Part shown: one piece after another, positions 36,055-46,001 of the stretch
Layout of the letters: each line of letters starts with the position of its first letter
How positions within the stretch are numbered: the first letter of the stretch is position 1
IMG/VR virus record: IMGVR_UViG_3300013121_000007
Location: 1-64,000 of that record
Strand: one strand, 5' to 3'
DNA length: 64,000 bases
DNA from: a virus
Taxonomy: Duplodnaviria > Caudoviricetes
Made by a program: the position numbers and the translations under genes
The notes under the pieces: generated by a model
What the model saw: only the letters and a program-made list of their open reading frames with translations
Told to the model about the DNA's origin: nothing
The model's database searches: none

Positions 36055-36810
36055 TCAGATAAGAGTCGCTTCCAGTCTCGTTACATGAGTCTTCATTGCT
36101 GTGAGATGCTCAGTTGTCCAACCAAGCTGTAACCGACTGACGTAGGTCTCTCTGCCATTGAGAAGAATCTTGAGGTACTTCTCGTTCACCTCAAGAATAT
36201 GTTGATCGTCCAGATTGAAATGCTTCATCAGTTCTTCAACAGAGATAACACCAGTTGTGACACTGCCGTTGACCTGCGGTGGTGGAGGCAACTCATCGTC
36301 GTAGGTGTTGGCGGACTCGCTGGCCTCTGCAACCATCGAAGGGTCAATTACCGCTTCGAGAGGTTCTTCGGCGGACTTCAGTGAGTCATCTGGAAGAGGC
36401 TGAGCAGACTGCTTGTCCATTGAGTTGTTGATATCGTCAACAGTCAGATGAGAAGACGATGACTCAGCGGGAAACTGACAAGCTGCTTCACAAGAGGTTG
36501 TACACCCGGATGTTATCGGGGCCGCAGGAGTCCGTTTTGCCTTCGATCGAGACAAGACGGGTGGAGCCTGAATACTTGTACCCTCAGGAAGTTTGTCGAC
36601 TCCGTAGGGTGTGCCGTCTGGATACTCCATCGTTAGTGGCTTGCGTCCACCTGGATTCTGTTCGTTGGCCAGTCTTGAGAATCGACTGTAGTACGGGTCA
36701 GAAGTCCATTCATCCGGAGCAAGCGCCATCCTCGCCCCGCGAGGTGTGGGGAAGTGCTGAACCACACCTGTTCTGTTGACGAAACGAATGGGCGTGTTTT
36801 CTGATGCCAT
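36055..36810 (-). CDS. Hypothetical protein downstream of capsid gene, with one CxxxCxxxC motif
   Basis: GCTTSCEAACQF within a low-complexity linker. Confidence 0.6.
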   Translation of the reverse strand: MASENTPIRFVNRTGVVQHFPTPRGARMALAPDEWTSDPYYSRFSRLANEQNPGGRKPLTMEYPDGTPYGVDKLPEGTSIQAPPVLSRSKAKRTPAAPITSGCTTSCEAACQFPAESSSSHLTVDDINNSMDKQSAQPLPDDSLKSAEEPLEAVIDPSMVAEASESANTYDDELPPPPQVNGSVTTGVISVEELMKHFNLDDQHILEVNEKYLKILLNGRETYVSRLQLGWTTEHLTAMKTHVTRLEATLI

Positions 36811-36885
36811 AACTTAGTCCACTAGGCCCATGTAACTGTCTCGTGTGGCCGAATAGTAGCACCGAGGTCAACTTGATTGCAACGC

Positions 36886-36921
36886 AAAACGGACGGCAGG
36901 GCCTACCTGCCGTCCGTTTTT
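36886..36921. terminator. Intrinsic (bidirectional-type) terminator after major capsid gene
   Basis: AAAACGGACGGCAGG-gccta-CCTGCCGTCCGTTTT 15-bp stem. Confidence 0.85.
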
Positions 36922-36945
36922 GGTTTCTATCTACACGGACACAAC

Positions 36946-38415
36946 TCAGGCCGTCTGAGACGAGTCGAAGATGTAGCCGCGGGCGTAGAAGTTCTCGTTG
37001 ACAACCTTCTGCGCGGTGCGGGACATCATACCCTTGCGGGTGATGAAGTCATCCAGTGTGATTGATGGCGTCGAGACAAGACCCTGGTAGACGGCATGAA
37101 CGTAGCCGGTTTCCAGGAAGTTGCCGCCCTTGTGACCCATCAAGAACTCGTTGGACTGATACGACGGGTCCTTGAACACGTCCCAGTCTCCGAGCCGACC
37201 AATCTTGCGGATGCCAGAGACAGCCGAAGACTGTGGTGTCTTGACGAAGTGTGGAGCCAACGTCTCGATGATGTTGGCGACTTCGACCGATACCACCAGC
37301 CACGTCCCTTCGATACGCTGCGTCCGCTTGAAGATCGTGTTCGACAACTCGACGAAGGTGTCCACGAGGATTTCCTTGTGGTCCTTGTACGACACGCCTG
37401 TCGGAGGATTGACGTCGAACGAGACAGGGGACGAAGAGTTGAAGGCGATCGCACGCAGGTGTTGAATGATCTTCTGATTGATCTCCTGCGCGATGCGGTT
37501 CGACATGAGCGTGACGAATTCCGTCTCCGCGACCATGCCGTGAGTCGCCAACAAGTCTTGTTCCGCCTCCATTGACCACCGTGCCCGGAACTTATTCGGG
37601 CGAGCGACGACCGGTGCGGAAACCAACTGAATCTCGATCTCAGGGATCAAGTCGTTCGCTTCCATCTGGTACTCATAGGACGACGTAACAGCGGCTCCGT
37701 TATCCGGATTCGCCGCGAACGTAACGTCATAAGCACCAGTCGCGTAGTTGATGGTGTTGGTTCCACCACCGTTGATGCTTCCAATCAGGTTGCCAGCACC
37801 ATCGTCCGTTGCAACCTGCGAGCCGTCAGTGATACTCACCGTTCCTGGACGGACTGGGAAGTACGACAGAGTACCCGTGAAGTGCGCAACCGCACCCGTA
37901 CCAGTACCTGTACTCTCGTTTTCGACGACCTCATCGGTAAAGTGGTACGACTGTTCCGGTCCGAGCTTCGCATCAAAGAGCTTGTCGCCCTTCTGGACCG
38001 AACCCTTGGTACGACCGGCAATGGCGTCGTAGTAGAAGATCAGTCCTGATGGACCGGGCAGCGGCTGAACAGAAACAAGCTCAGCGGCGACGAGATTCGA
38101 GTACACCATCCGGATGATGGGGAACACGTACTTCTCGTAATTGCCGACAGCCAACGTGCGAGTCGTCTCGTCGAGACGGCTGAACGCCCTGTAAGTCTGT
38201 TCCAGCAGATGCCCAACGAGAGACCGACGGTACGGGTTCTCGATGCCTTGAATGAAGTTGACGTTCTCGTGTTTCTCCCAGCCACGGATTCGCTTGCCGG
38301 GGAACTTCGACCAACGTTCAGCCAGTTGCATACCCTGTTCATGCAGGATGCCATACTCTTCCTGCATGAGTTCCGGGTCGGCAGACATTGCGCGGGGCGA
38401 GAATGCGCCTTGCAT
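36946..38415 (-). CDS. Major capsid protein (T4 gp23-like)
   Basis: FPIIR.VY.NLVA.ELVSVQPL.GPSGLIFY, KFRARWSMEAEQDL.A.HG, IAQEINQKII, F.ETGYVHA.Y, RKGMMSR.A. Confidence 0.96.
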   Translation of the reverse strand: MQGAFSPRAMSADPELMQEEYGILHEQGMQLAERWSKFPGKRIRGWEKHENVNFIQGIENPYRRSLVGHLLEQTYRAFSRLDETTRTLAVGNYEKYVFPIIRMVYSNLVAAELVSVQPLPGPSGLIFYYDAIAGRTKGSVQKGDKLFDAKLGPEQSYHFTDEVVENESTGTGTGAVAHFTGTLSYFPVRPGTVSITDGSQVATDDGAGNLIGSINGGGTNTINYATGAYDVTFAANPDNGAAVTSSYEYQMEANDLIPEIEIQLVSAPVVARPNKFRARWSMEAEQDLLATHGMVAETEFVTLMSNRIAQEINQKIIQHLRAIAFNSSSPVSFDVNPPTGVSYKDHKEILVDTFVELSNTIFKRTQRIEGTWLVVSVEVANIIETLAPHFVKTPQSSAVSGIRKIGRLGDWDVFKDPSYQSNEFLMGHKGGNFLETGYVHAVYQGLVSTPSITLDDFITRKGMMSRTAQKVVNENFYARGYIFDSSQTA

Positions 38416-38483
38416 GTTAGTATCTCCAGATTGGTCAGTCTTTCGCGGGCAGTTATCGTCCGATGTTGATGTTTGACCGACTG

Positions 38484-40241
38484 TTAGCCATACATCTGCT
38501 GACGACCTTGTTCAGAGGCCGTCAACATCTCCATCAGACCATTCTGACCACTGGAAGGCTGCCGTCGATTATCCGGGCTGGTCCCCACCTTCGTTTCAGA
38601 CAGACGTCTGCTGGAGTAGGTGGGGGGCAGGTCGGTACGCGACCCTTCATACAGCGGTTTGATTGTTGTTTCGATGAGCTTCTTGAGTTCGACTTCGTTC
38701 TTGCACTCGCGAAGTCGTTTCTCGATAGGCTTCAATCTTGGATTCTTCTGGATGAGCGACTCGACGACAGACTGCACTCGCTCTCCCCTGTACTGGACAA
38801 CAGTAGCTTCGAGCAGAGTTCGTGTCGCCTCATTCAGAGCCTTCGACTCCTTCAGTTCAGTCTGCGTCTTCTTCAGACGTGATTCCAACGTCTGACGATC
38901 AGAGTTGGCGCGGCTGAGGACGGCCTCACCAAGCTCAATGGCCTTTCTGTACTTCGCGTTCGGAACATGATCGGTGGTGAGGTCTTCAAGCTGCAAGATG
39001 CGAGCAGCCATCGCCTCGAACACCTGTGGCAGAGTCCAGTTCTTCATCGTGGTGACGCCCAGAGACTTCATCAGCCTCTCAGCTTTCTGGTCGTCATTAC
39101 TGTCAGCGGTGCTACCAGCGTCATCAGACGCAGGAGCATCATCCTTGTTGTCCTTGTCATCGGCTGGAGGCTGTGGCGGATCGTCATCCTCTTCCGCAAG
39201 ACGGGTGATTTCACGCCGAAGGGTATTGAGACGCTCAGACAGCTTTGCACGAAGACTGATGACTTCCGTAACATACTCGTCAGTAAACTGACCACTCAGA
39301 CCAGTCGCTGCTTCGATCAGACAATTCTGCTGTTCGAGCAGTCCAGACAAAGTATGCCTGTCGCCGAGAAGGTATTTCGTCGACTCCTGCAATGCTTGCT
39401 GCGAAACAGCAATTGCGCGGGCGGATTCGATGCTACTCTGTGCCATGAGTGAAACTCCACTGGGTTCTGAAATCCTAACGATTGAGGGAGTGTGAATCAC
39501 TCTCTCCGACACTGACTTACCTGTACCGGAGGTATCAGACTCTCCGATTTTGGACGGACGTGCCGTGGCTACTGAAGGTTGTGCAACAAAGTCCCATGTG
39601 TCAAGAACGAAGTCGCTTGCCTCTACGACGTCTACGCCATCAATAGACTTTGTAGACCCAGCCCCACGAGAGCTAACACCAGGAACTGCCCCAGCCCTAT
39701 ACAACTCTTCCACGATTTGCCCATTTGGTGTCCGAAAGATCAAATGCTGAGCGTAGATAACACCGCTGTCTCGCCACACCTTCTCAACAAGATGGCTGAC
39801 ACGAGGCAGTTTGGTGTTACCTTCAGATGGATGCTCAAGCTCACCGAGTGTTTGCCGGTTACGGACACGTTCCATGAAGTCGCTGGACTCATCCAACACG
39901 CTGTCCCACAAAGCTGTTGGATAGACTCTGCCGTTTCCGTTTCTCAGATTCTCAACTTGCGCAGGACCTGACACACGAAGACGTTCATGCTTGTGCGCTT
40001 CTTTGAGTTCGAGGACAAACGAGTCCTTGAAGGCAGCCAGAGATCGCTTGACTTGTTCTTCTGTAAGAGTCTCCGAATTCAGGAGAGACTCAGTCAACTC
40101 AGCATACCGTCTTTCAGTATTGGCGACGTAAGACTCGATCAAGTCGGCTCCAAATTGCTTTGGAGTCACAACTTCAACCTTCCACTGACTAGGAGACGTC
40201 ATCAGCGGCGCGGCGTGCTCGCAAAGAAGGATTCGACTCAT
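38484..40241 (-). CDS. Prohead core protease (gp21-like) fused to a scaffold-like coiled coil
   Basis: NGNGRVYP, LGELEHP, VSH, TPNGQI, GVSSRGAGS, WDFVAQPS; ~350-aa helical/acidic C-terminal extension; likely start 40241. Confidence 0.9.
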   Translation of the reverse strand: MSRILLCEHAAPLMTSPSQWKVEVVTPKQFGADLIESYVANTERRYAELTESLLNSETLTEEQVKRSLAAFKDSFVLELKEAHKHERLRVSGPAQVENLRNGNGRVYPTALWDSVLDESSDFMERVRNRQTLGELEHPSEGNTKLPRVSHLVEKVWRDSGVIYAQHLIFRTPNGQIVEELYRAGAVPGVSSRGAGSTKSIDGVDVVEASDFVLDTWDFVAQPSVATARPSKIGESDTSGTGKSVSERVIHTPSIVRISEPSGVSLMAQSSIESARAIAVSQQALQESTKYLLGDRHTLSGLLEQQNCLIEAATGLSGQFTDEYVTEVISLRAKLSERLNTLRREITRLAEEDDDPPQPPADDKDNKDDAPASDDAGSTADSNDDQKAERLMKSLGVTTMKNWTLPQVFEAMAARILQLEDLTTDHVPNAKYRKAIELGEAVLSRANSDRQTLESRLKKTQTELKESKALNEATRTLLEATVVQYRGERVQSVVESLIQKNPRLKPIEKRLRECKNEVELKKLIETTIKPLYEGSRTDLPPTYSSRRLSETKVGTSPDNRRQPSSGQNGLMEMLTASEQGRQQMYG

Positions 40242-40600
40242 TTTACACGCCCAGGTTCGATGATCCACGAAATGTCTTCTAGAGGTCTAGGCCCTGTGAC
40301 ATCTGGATAAGTAGGGGCCTCCAGTGTTTCAATCTTGTAGTCCTGCAGATGGTTGTGAAATCTAATCGCATAGAAGTTCCACAACCAGTCAAGTGCCTTT
40401 TCTCTCCTAAGTTCCGGATACCCTTGTTGAAGTAGGTACAGCTTTGTCTGCTCTAGAGTGCATTCAAAGCTGTCGCCAGTAGGAAGACTAATCTCTATGT
40501 CCTCAGAGCCTACTTCTTTGCGTAGTTCGATGTACGGGAAATTACGATTGATTGGTGGAAGCTGCACGTCAATCAGCCAACTTCTGCAGGGACCCGCCAA
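40238..40600 (-). CDS. Hypothetical protein
   Basis: ORF in the head operon; stop overlaps the protease ATG. Confidence 0.5.
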   Translation of the reverse strand: MAGPCRSWLIDVQLPPINRNFPYIELRKEVGSEDIEISLPTGDSFECTLEQTKLYLLQQGYPELRREKALDWLWNFYAIRFHNHLQDYKIETLEAPTYPDVTGPRPLEDISWIIEPGRVK

Positions 40601-41345
40601 ACACGACTTGATGGATGGCCTCCTCTGTCGAGCGCGGGAAAAGACTCTTCAGCTTGCGAACAACCTCTGTACGAGCTTGCTCACTGAACCCCAAACCTGA
40701 CAACGGTTGTGGGATCATCGGAAATGCACCCGTAATCGTAGTCTCCAGCAAGTTCGCCGAGGCTGTAACGGATTCACCTCTACTCTTTGCAGTTGCTTTC
40801 CTGAGCGCTCTTCTTTGACGGGCTGCCGCATTCTTGGACTTACGATCAGCCTCTTGGTCTCTTGGCTTACCTGTTCTTCGAGAGACAGGAGCAGCCTTTT
40901 TCCGAAGACGGTCTCGCCTGGCGCGAAGAGTCTTCAGGTCTGCCTTACTCATGTGCTTCAGATTGACTTTCTTCAGCTTCCTTCCAGTATCTGGATTCTT
41001 GATAGTCTTGCCCTTGCCCTTGCCACGCATCTTGGCAAGAACCTTTGGGTTTCCAGCGACAGGCTTCCCCTTACCTGGTGTGCCCTCGAAGCCAACTCTG
41101 TGCCCTGAATCCATTGTCCGCCAATAGTCAGGCTTAGGGGCTTCAAGCAAGATGTTGACAGCCTCTTCCAGTTGCTGCGACTCGTCAAGACCGATCATTT
41201 TCTTGTAGACTCCCATGATGTAGTCATACTCATTGTTGTGGCCTTGATCTTCAGCCGCAGCCTTCGCCATCTCCCATCTCTTCTCAGCTTCTGCTGTTGA
41301 CAGACCAACCCTCTTAGCAAGCGAGTAGACAGCAGAAGCCGGCAT
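40569..41345 (-). CDS. Basic putative head-internal protein
   Basis: AEKRWE.AK.AA...Y.YIMG.YKKMIGLDE (T4 gp68-like pattern); Lys/Arg-rich centre; LxE sites. Confidence 0.55.
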   Translation of the reverse strand: MPASAVYSLAKRVGLSTAEAEKRWEMAKAAAEDQGHNNEYDYIMGVYKKMIGLDESQQLEEAVNILLEAPKPDYWRTMDSGHRVGFEGTPGKGKPVAGNPKVLAKMRGKGKGKTIKNPDTGRKLKKVNLKHMSKADLKTLRARRDRLRKKAAPVSRRTGKPRDQEADRKSKNAAARQRRALRKATAKSRGESVTASANLLETTITGAFPMIPQPLSGLGFSEQARTEVVRKLKSLFPRSTEEAIHQVVFGGSLQKLAD

Positions 41346-41424
41346 AAAAACTCACCATGTAGTATAACTGCCGGGGTCCGGTGAGGACCCCGACAGCAAC
41401 CGAGGCAACGGTTTAGGCCTGCAC

Positions 41425-41784
41425 CTACCGTTTCAGGTTGTCCGACTGGTCGAAGATTTCGATCCGACCTTCCGAGGTTCCGGATGCTGTTTTGACAGCC
41501 AGACGCCAGTGCTCTTCTGTTCCACGAATCGCGCCGGAGAGAATAGCGTTACCCTTTGCCTTGACAGTGACAGACGCACGATTCGTCCAGTCCAATCCGT
41601 AACCGGCATCAGCAGACGAGCCGTCCAGAGTGATAGTGACGTCGTTGTCACCATCGTTATTCACGAAGGCCTTGAAAACACGAACGCCAGTACCGTAGTT
41701 ACCGGACGGCGCGGAGACACGACCGCTCAACACCACCTTGTGTTGGGTTGTCGCTCCGAAGTACACAGATTCAGTCAGCAGCAT
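41425..41784 (-). CDS. Small beta-rich virion protein (decoration-like)
   Basis: 119 aa, beta-strand pattern, codon usage like the capsid gene, followed by a hairpin at 41368-41396. Confidence 0.5.
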   Translation of the reverse strand: MLLTESVYFGATTQHKVVLSGRVSAPSGNYGTGVRVFKAFVNNDGDNDVTITLDGSSADAGYGLDWTNRASVTVKAKGNAILSGAIRGTEEHWRLAVKTASGTSEGRIEIFDQSDNLKR

Positions 41785-42127
41785 GAGTGTCTCCCAACTT
41801 CAAGGTGTCGAGGGCTGTCTGCACAGGTAGGTTTCTATGAACCATCTCTTGTACAAGACGTTGTACCAGTAGTGCCTCTTTTCTTGCTTCCAGGACGCTT
41901 AGGACTTGACCGGCCAAGTCGGCCGGGGTCACGTCGGCCCGCTCCGTGACCACCGACCTTGATTTGGCCTGCTTGCCTTGAGCGTTGCCCAAGACGTTCA
42001 GCAGTAAACGTGCCGTTTTGTCCCCGACAGAGGCCTGTTCAGTCAAAAGAGTCTTAGCCTTATCGAGTCCATCCTTATAGACGACTCTCAGTAGGCCATT
42101 AGCTCTTTCGTGCGGAATCAGTTTCAT
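41771..42127 (-). CDS. Hypothetical protein
   Basis: ORF overlapping neighbours in operon. Confidence 0.5.
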   Translation of the reverse strand: MKLIPHERANGLLRVVYKDGLDKAKTLLTEQASVGDKTARLLLNVLGNAQGKQAKSRSVVTERADVTPADLAGQVLSVLEARKEALLVQRLVQEMVHRNLPVQTALDTLKLGDTHAAD

Positions 42128-42489
42128 GTCAAACTCAGACGTTCACGCGCAAGTTCGTGACTGGGAAGAGTTTGGTAGGACACAAGTTCAACCTTCACGC
42201 CATCTCCGATTCTAGCGTCCAGATGCAATGCAATGAACTTCGGGACATCTGTGATGACTGCTGGAACAATTCTGGCGCGAGGCTGAATAGTGATAACAGC
42301 ATCTGACCCGTATTGCCGTACAAAGGGTCCGTCGATGCTCTCTCCACCTTTGATGTTCAGTGTAGCAACCTCATCACTGAGGTTTTCCACAAACACAACA
42401 TACCCAGGTGCAGAGAATTCCCAGGGACCGACAACCTCTGGGTTATCCTCCAATTGATTCCTGAGAATCTTCTCAACACGACTTGTCAT
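42124..42489 (-). CDS. Hypothetical beta-rich protein
   Basis: ATGA overlaps on both sides; FVENLSDEVATLNIKG resembles FVNNDGDNDVTITLDG of 41425..41784. Confidence 0.55.
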   Translation of the reverse strand: MTSRVEKILRNQLEDNPEVVGPWEFSAPGYVVFVENLSDEVATLNIKGGESIDGPFVRQYGSDAVITIQPRARIVPAVITDVPKFIALHLDARIGDGVKVELVSYQTLPSHELARERLSLT

Positions 42490-43874
42490 GCGGGTTCTCC
42501 AAGCAGTCGGTTCACGCTATCGAATAATACGCCCGGACGTGATGATCTTGTCTGGGTTGGCTCTCCGTCCTCTTCCTCATCATCTTTGTCATCTTTATTG
42601 AACGGAAACTCATCAGCATCCGTATCATCATCAGAGCTAGAATCAGCACTGTCGTCGTCAGGCTGCGCATCGCCATTAGAGCCTTTAGGCTGCGACGTAG
42701 CAGGTGACGACGATCCTGAAGTGTCATCAGGTTCGGGACCAGGGGGAGTACCATCGCCGGGTTCCCTTCCTAGTCCAGGTAAATCATCAGGTTCATTTAC
42801 CGTTGTCTGTGATGTACTTTTTGTCGTTGGTAGTGCTGAATCATCAGATGAAGAGTCATTACTGTTGTCAGGCTCTTCGTCTGAAGAACTCGACGGATCA
42901 TCATCATCATCATCATCGCTTGACGGCTCTTCTGCCTTGTCTTGTGGTGAGTTTACACCACCAAACCCCTTAGAGTTAGCCTTCTTCTCTGCGGGGCTGT
43001 CATTCCCTGCATCCGAACTGCCTTTCGCAGGAAAGCCATTGATGCCTTTAGAGGCTGAAGCCTTTTGCTCTGGAGACGGCATACTGCCATCTACAGATAG
43101 ATTGATTTGGTCACTCGTTACAAGAAACACCCAAGGTAGCGCATCTGGGTTCTCAGTGTCAAACTGAGGTGTACCCGATGCAGATGTCTCGGTGTTCGTG
43201 TCTTGCTCAGATTCTGGCTCTTCAGGATCGTTACCCTCTACGTACTTGCGGAGAGATTCAAGCCTATCTTCATCGTCTTCATCGTCCTCTTCTTCGTCGC
43301 CCCCCTCTTCATCGTCTCCGAACTCTTCGTCGTCTCCGAACTCTTCGTCGTCCTCTTCTTCGTCGTATGAAGAGTCTACCAGAGGACCCTGAACAATCTG
43401 TGTTCCTGGCATGATCTCTTTCAGCAGTTGCAGTAGCTGCGCAGCTTGATGGGGCTGCATCTGCGGAGAAAAGAACAGCAGAAAAGCTCCCAACTCTTGC
43501 TCAATGTCTGATGCGATGAAATAGTCCAAAGCATCGGCTGCGTTCACTCTCAAGATTGCAGAGTCATAGATGTCATCCAGTGTAGGGCCTTGCTCTGGCT
43601 GAAGATCAATGGCCCCTGAAGCAAAATCCGCTAGACGAGGGTCTGGAACACCCTGTCCAGAAGCAAGTTTGCTGGCTGCTTCCCGAATGCTCGTTGTACC
43701 ACGAATGATATCGTCAACTTGCACAGTCTGCGTTAGTCGCGTTTTACTGGACAGCGCATTTTTCACCCGCTGACCCAATGCAGATTTCAGAAACTCAGTA
43801 GCAACCCGCACTCGGTCAAGCCGAGAGTAGGCGGCTGTCGGGCTTCGTAGAATTGGTCCAGATACACGAGGCAT
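42486..43874 (-). CDS. Acidic low-complexity protein (possible prohead core component)
   Basis: Long D/E/S/P tracts; ends LFDSVNRLLGE. Confidence 0.65.
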   Translation of the reverse strand: MPRVSGPILRSPTAAYSRLDRVRVATEFLKSALGQRVKNALSSKTRLTQTVQVDDIIRGTTSIREAASKLASGQGVPDPRLADFASGAIDLQPEQGPTLDDIYDSAILRVNAADALDYFIASDIEQELGAFLLFFSPQMQPHQAAQLLQLLKEIMPGTQIVQGPLVDSSYDEEEDDEEFGDDEEFGDDEEGGDEEEDDEDDEDRLESLRKYVEGNDPEEPESEQDTNTETSASGTPQFDTENPDALPWVFLVTSDQINLSVDGSMPSPEQKASASKGINGFPAKGSSDAGNDSPAEKKANSKGFGGVNSPQDKAEEPSSDDDDDDDPSSSSDEEPDNSNDSSSDDSALPTTKSTSQTTVNEPDDLPGLGREPGDGTPPGPEPDDTSGSSSPATSQPKGSNGDAQPDDDSADSSSDDDTDADEFPFNKDDKDDEEEDGEPTQTRSSRPGVLFDSVNRLLGEPA

Positions 43875-43965
43875 GGTGTTTACTGTAACGACGACCGTAT
43901 CAGGAACTTTTTCTGTTACAGACTATTTGACACGTCGTAACTCCTTCACAAAAATGAAGTTACGA

Positions 43966-44280
43966 CTAGAGACTCAGCTTTTCAAGCTCCGTCAGTACAA
44001 AAGACTGTGTAACTGGAGTGGCCTGATAGCTTGAAAGAATATCGGGAGCCTCTCTCATACAAACCGAGTAGCTGTTTAGACTACCAGACTTGTAGGATTC
44101 GACCAAAGACTCGTCAACAAGGAAGCACAAAGCCTCAACTGCCTCTTCAGAAGATTCATCTAGGCTCTCTGCTGCGCGGAGTAGTCTCTCTCTGGTTGTA
44201 TTCCATCGGTCAGCAGCCGAAAGCACCAACAAACTATTGTCGGTGTGCTGACTCTCGTACATGGCTCCAAAGAGAAGCAT
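43966..44280 (-). CDS. Hypothetical protein
   Basis: ORF in operon. Confidence 0.45.
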   Translation of the reverse strand: MLLFGAMYESQHTDNSLLVLSAADRWNTTRERLLRAAESLDESSEEAVEALCFLVDESLVESYKSGSLNSYSVCMREAPDILSSYQATPVTQSFVLTELEKLSL

Positions 44281-44287
44281 GATGAGA

Positions 44288-44689
44288 CTACAGAGTGTCG
44301 TCGACTGTTATGTCCCGGATAATAGTGTTGTTCTGTCCACCAGTTTCCAGGATTCTTGGATCAGCAGCAATGAATGTAGACAGTACGTGGTCAGGCAATG
44401 ATTCAATGTTTCTGGTTAGTCGAACAAACGGGTATAAGCCTGCAGCAAGTTCTTCCTCTTCAGGATCGTATACTCCGTTACACTGAGTCAGTATAGCCTC
44501 TCGAATTCCGTCTGCATCCAGCAACAAAACTAGATTGTAGTAGTTTGGGAATACATTCAGGTCTCGGCCAACCTGAAGATTCATGAAGCCTTCGGATCGT
44601 CCATTGAACTCGTCGATAAGCGAACCGCTTACGATCGCAGTGAGTTCTATGTCAGCTTGAATACTGACCTTTTTAGGAAGATTCGGCAC
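44288..44689 (-). CDS. Hypothetical protein
   Basis: ORF in operon. Confidence 0.55.
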   Translation of the reverse strand: MPNLPKKVSIQADIELTAIVSGSLIDEFNGRSEGFMNLQVGRDLNVFPNYYNLVLLLDADGIREAILTQCNGVYDPEEEELAAGLYPFVRLTRNIESLPDHVLSTFIAADPRILETGGQNNTIIRDITVDDTL

Positions 44690-44691
44690 TT

Positions 44692-45309
44692 CTAGTGGCT
44701 GATGACAGGTTGTAGGTCAATCGGCTCAAGACCAACCTCTTTGCGCGTCAGGTTTATAACTGACCACCGAATCTGATTGTTGTTGTGCATGGTCTCATCC
44801 TGATGATCTAGACGAGTTGCAAGCCTTCCGATGTCTTGCTGCATAGTTGCCATGTCATTCGACAATTCTCTTTCCAGTGATACTGGATGCCCGTCTAACA
44901 TGTGTCTGTCCAACTGACTCTTGATTGGGTCTAGAGCCATGTTCCACAACACAGTCAGCACAGTGACAGCAAGTGCAGCAACTGTAATTCCGCCTCCTCC
45001 AACACTTACAATCAGAGGCCAGTTGACCGCTTTGGAGTCTGACAACTGCTGACCAATGACACTGATGTCTTTTCGGACTTCATCACCTTGATGCGAAATC
45101 ACCAGTCGAAGCTCGTCACCCTGGTCTCGAATTGCTTTCCAATGCGCCTCAGCATTCGACTTCAGTGTTTCTGACAGACTCGAAACTGCCTGTGTGAGGT
45201 TGATGATGTCTCTCTCATGTGCCGCCAACCTCTCATGAATGGTAGCCAACGAATTGTCATCCATGACTTTATGTCCAGATCGCTTTGTACGTTCTTGTTG
45301 TGTCGTCAT
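44692..45309 (-). CDS. Coiled-coil membrane protein
   Basis: Coiled coil, then VNWPLIVSVGGGGITVAALAVTVLTVLW TM helix. Confidence 0.65.
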   Translation of the reverse strand: MTTQQERTKRSGHKVMDDNSLATIHERLAAHERDIINLTQAVSSLSETLKSNAEAHWKAIRDQGDELRLVISHQGDEVRKDISVIGQQLSDSKAVNWPLIVSVGGGGITVAALAVTVLTVLWNMALDPIKSQLDRHMLDGHPVSLERELSNDMATMQQDIGRLATRLDHQDETMHNNNQIRWSVINLTRKEVGLEPIDLQPVISH

Positions 45310-45311
45310 GA

Positions 45312-45983
45312 CTACCTCGTTGACTTTTTAGAGGTAGTGTATGCATCACCAACGCTACACTCACTCAGAAGTTGGCTAATCGCCTGAAGGACCCCATTGG
45401 AGAACTCTAGATCGTTGTCGATGTAAGAGTGCGTTTCTTTTTTGACTACTGGTCCAACAAGCTGTGTATTCTGGTTGTTGACCACTACACGATGACCCGC
45501 AGGCTGAAATACTGACTTTCTGAAACCCCAGCGAGGATTCTGTTGTGTGAAGTATGTGCACTTCTCCACGATTTCTGGAACATGAATTGAACCAATCCCA
45601 AAAGCGGCAGCCGGGAAGAAGTGAAACGAATCGAACCTTCTGACAGCGTCACACAACCATAACTCTCGTACTGTGCACCCTCCTCTTTCTTGCAGAGCCT
45701 TGCAAAACTTTACGGCACGATCACCACCGTAGCTGTAACCAACGACAAGATGAACCTGCTTTGGATTCATCCCATTTTCCATAGGACGGTATCTCCAAAG
45801 AGATTCAGCAACATCGTCTACGTTCGTATTCCAGGGAAACAAACGTACCCTGACGTCAGATCGGCAACAAGCAAGGATAAAAGCGTCGTGCTCGATGCCT
45901 ACCATCCCCGAACCTGGACTCCCTAGCGACTGCAGAAATCCAGAGAAGATGGTAACGGCGTATCGAATAGGTTCCTGGCCCAT
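45312..45983 (-). CDS. Alpha/beta-hydrolase-fold protein
   Basis: LVVGYSYGG nucleophile elbow, LCDAV, THSYID. Confidence 0.7.
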   Translation of the reverse strand: MGQEPIRYAVTIFSGFLQSLGSPGSGMVGIEHDAFILACCRSDVRVRLFPWNTNVDDVAESLWRYRPMENGMNPKQVHLVVGYSYGGDRAVKFCKALQERGGCTVRELWLCDAVRRFDSFHFFPAAAFGIGSIHVPEIVEKCTYFTQQNPRWGFRKSVFQPAGHRVVVNNQNTQLVGPVVKKETHSYIDNDLEFSNGVLQAISQLLSECSVGDAYTTSKKSTR

Positions 45984-46001
45984 TTAGCCGTACAGCCGTT
46001 T

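Noticed and set aside
42313-43392. Ser-rich plus-strand ORFs and short tandem repeats (18-nt near 43305; also 15-nt near 46435)
   Set aside because: Antisense of Asp/Glu tracts; the repeats are simple slippage in acidic linkers.
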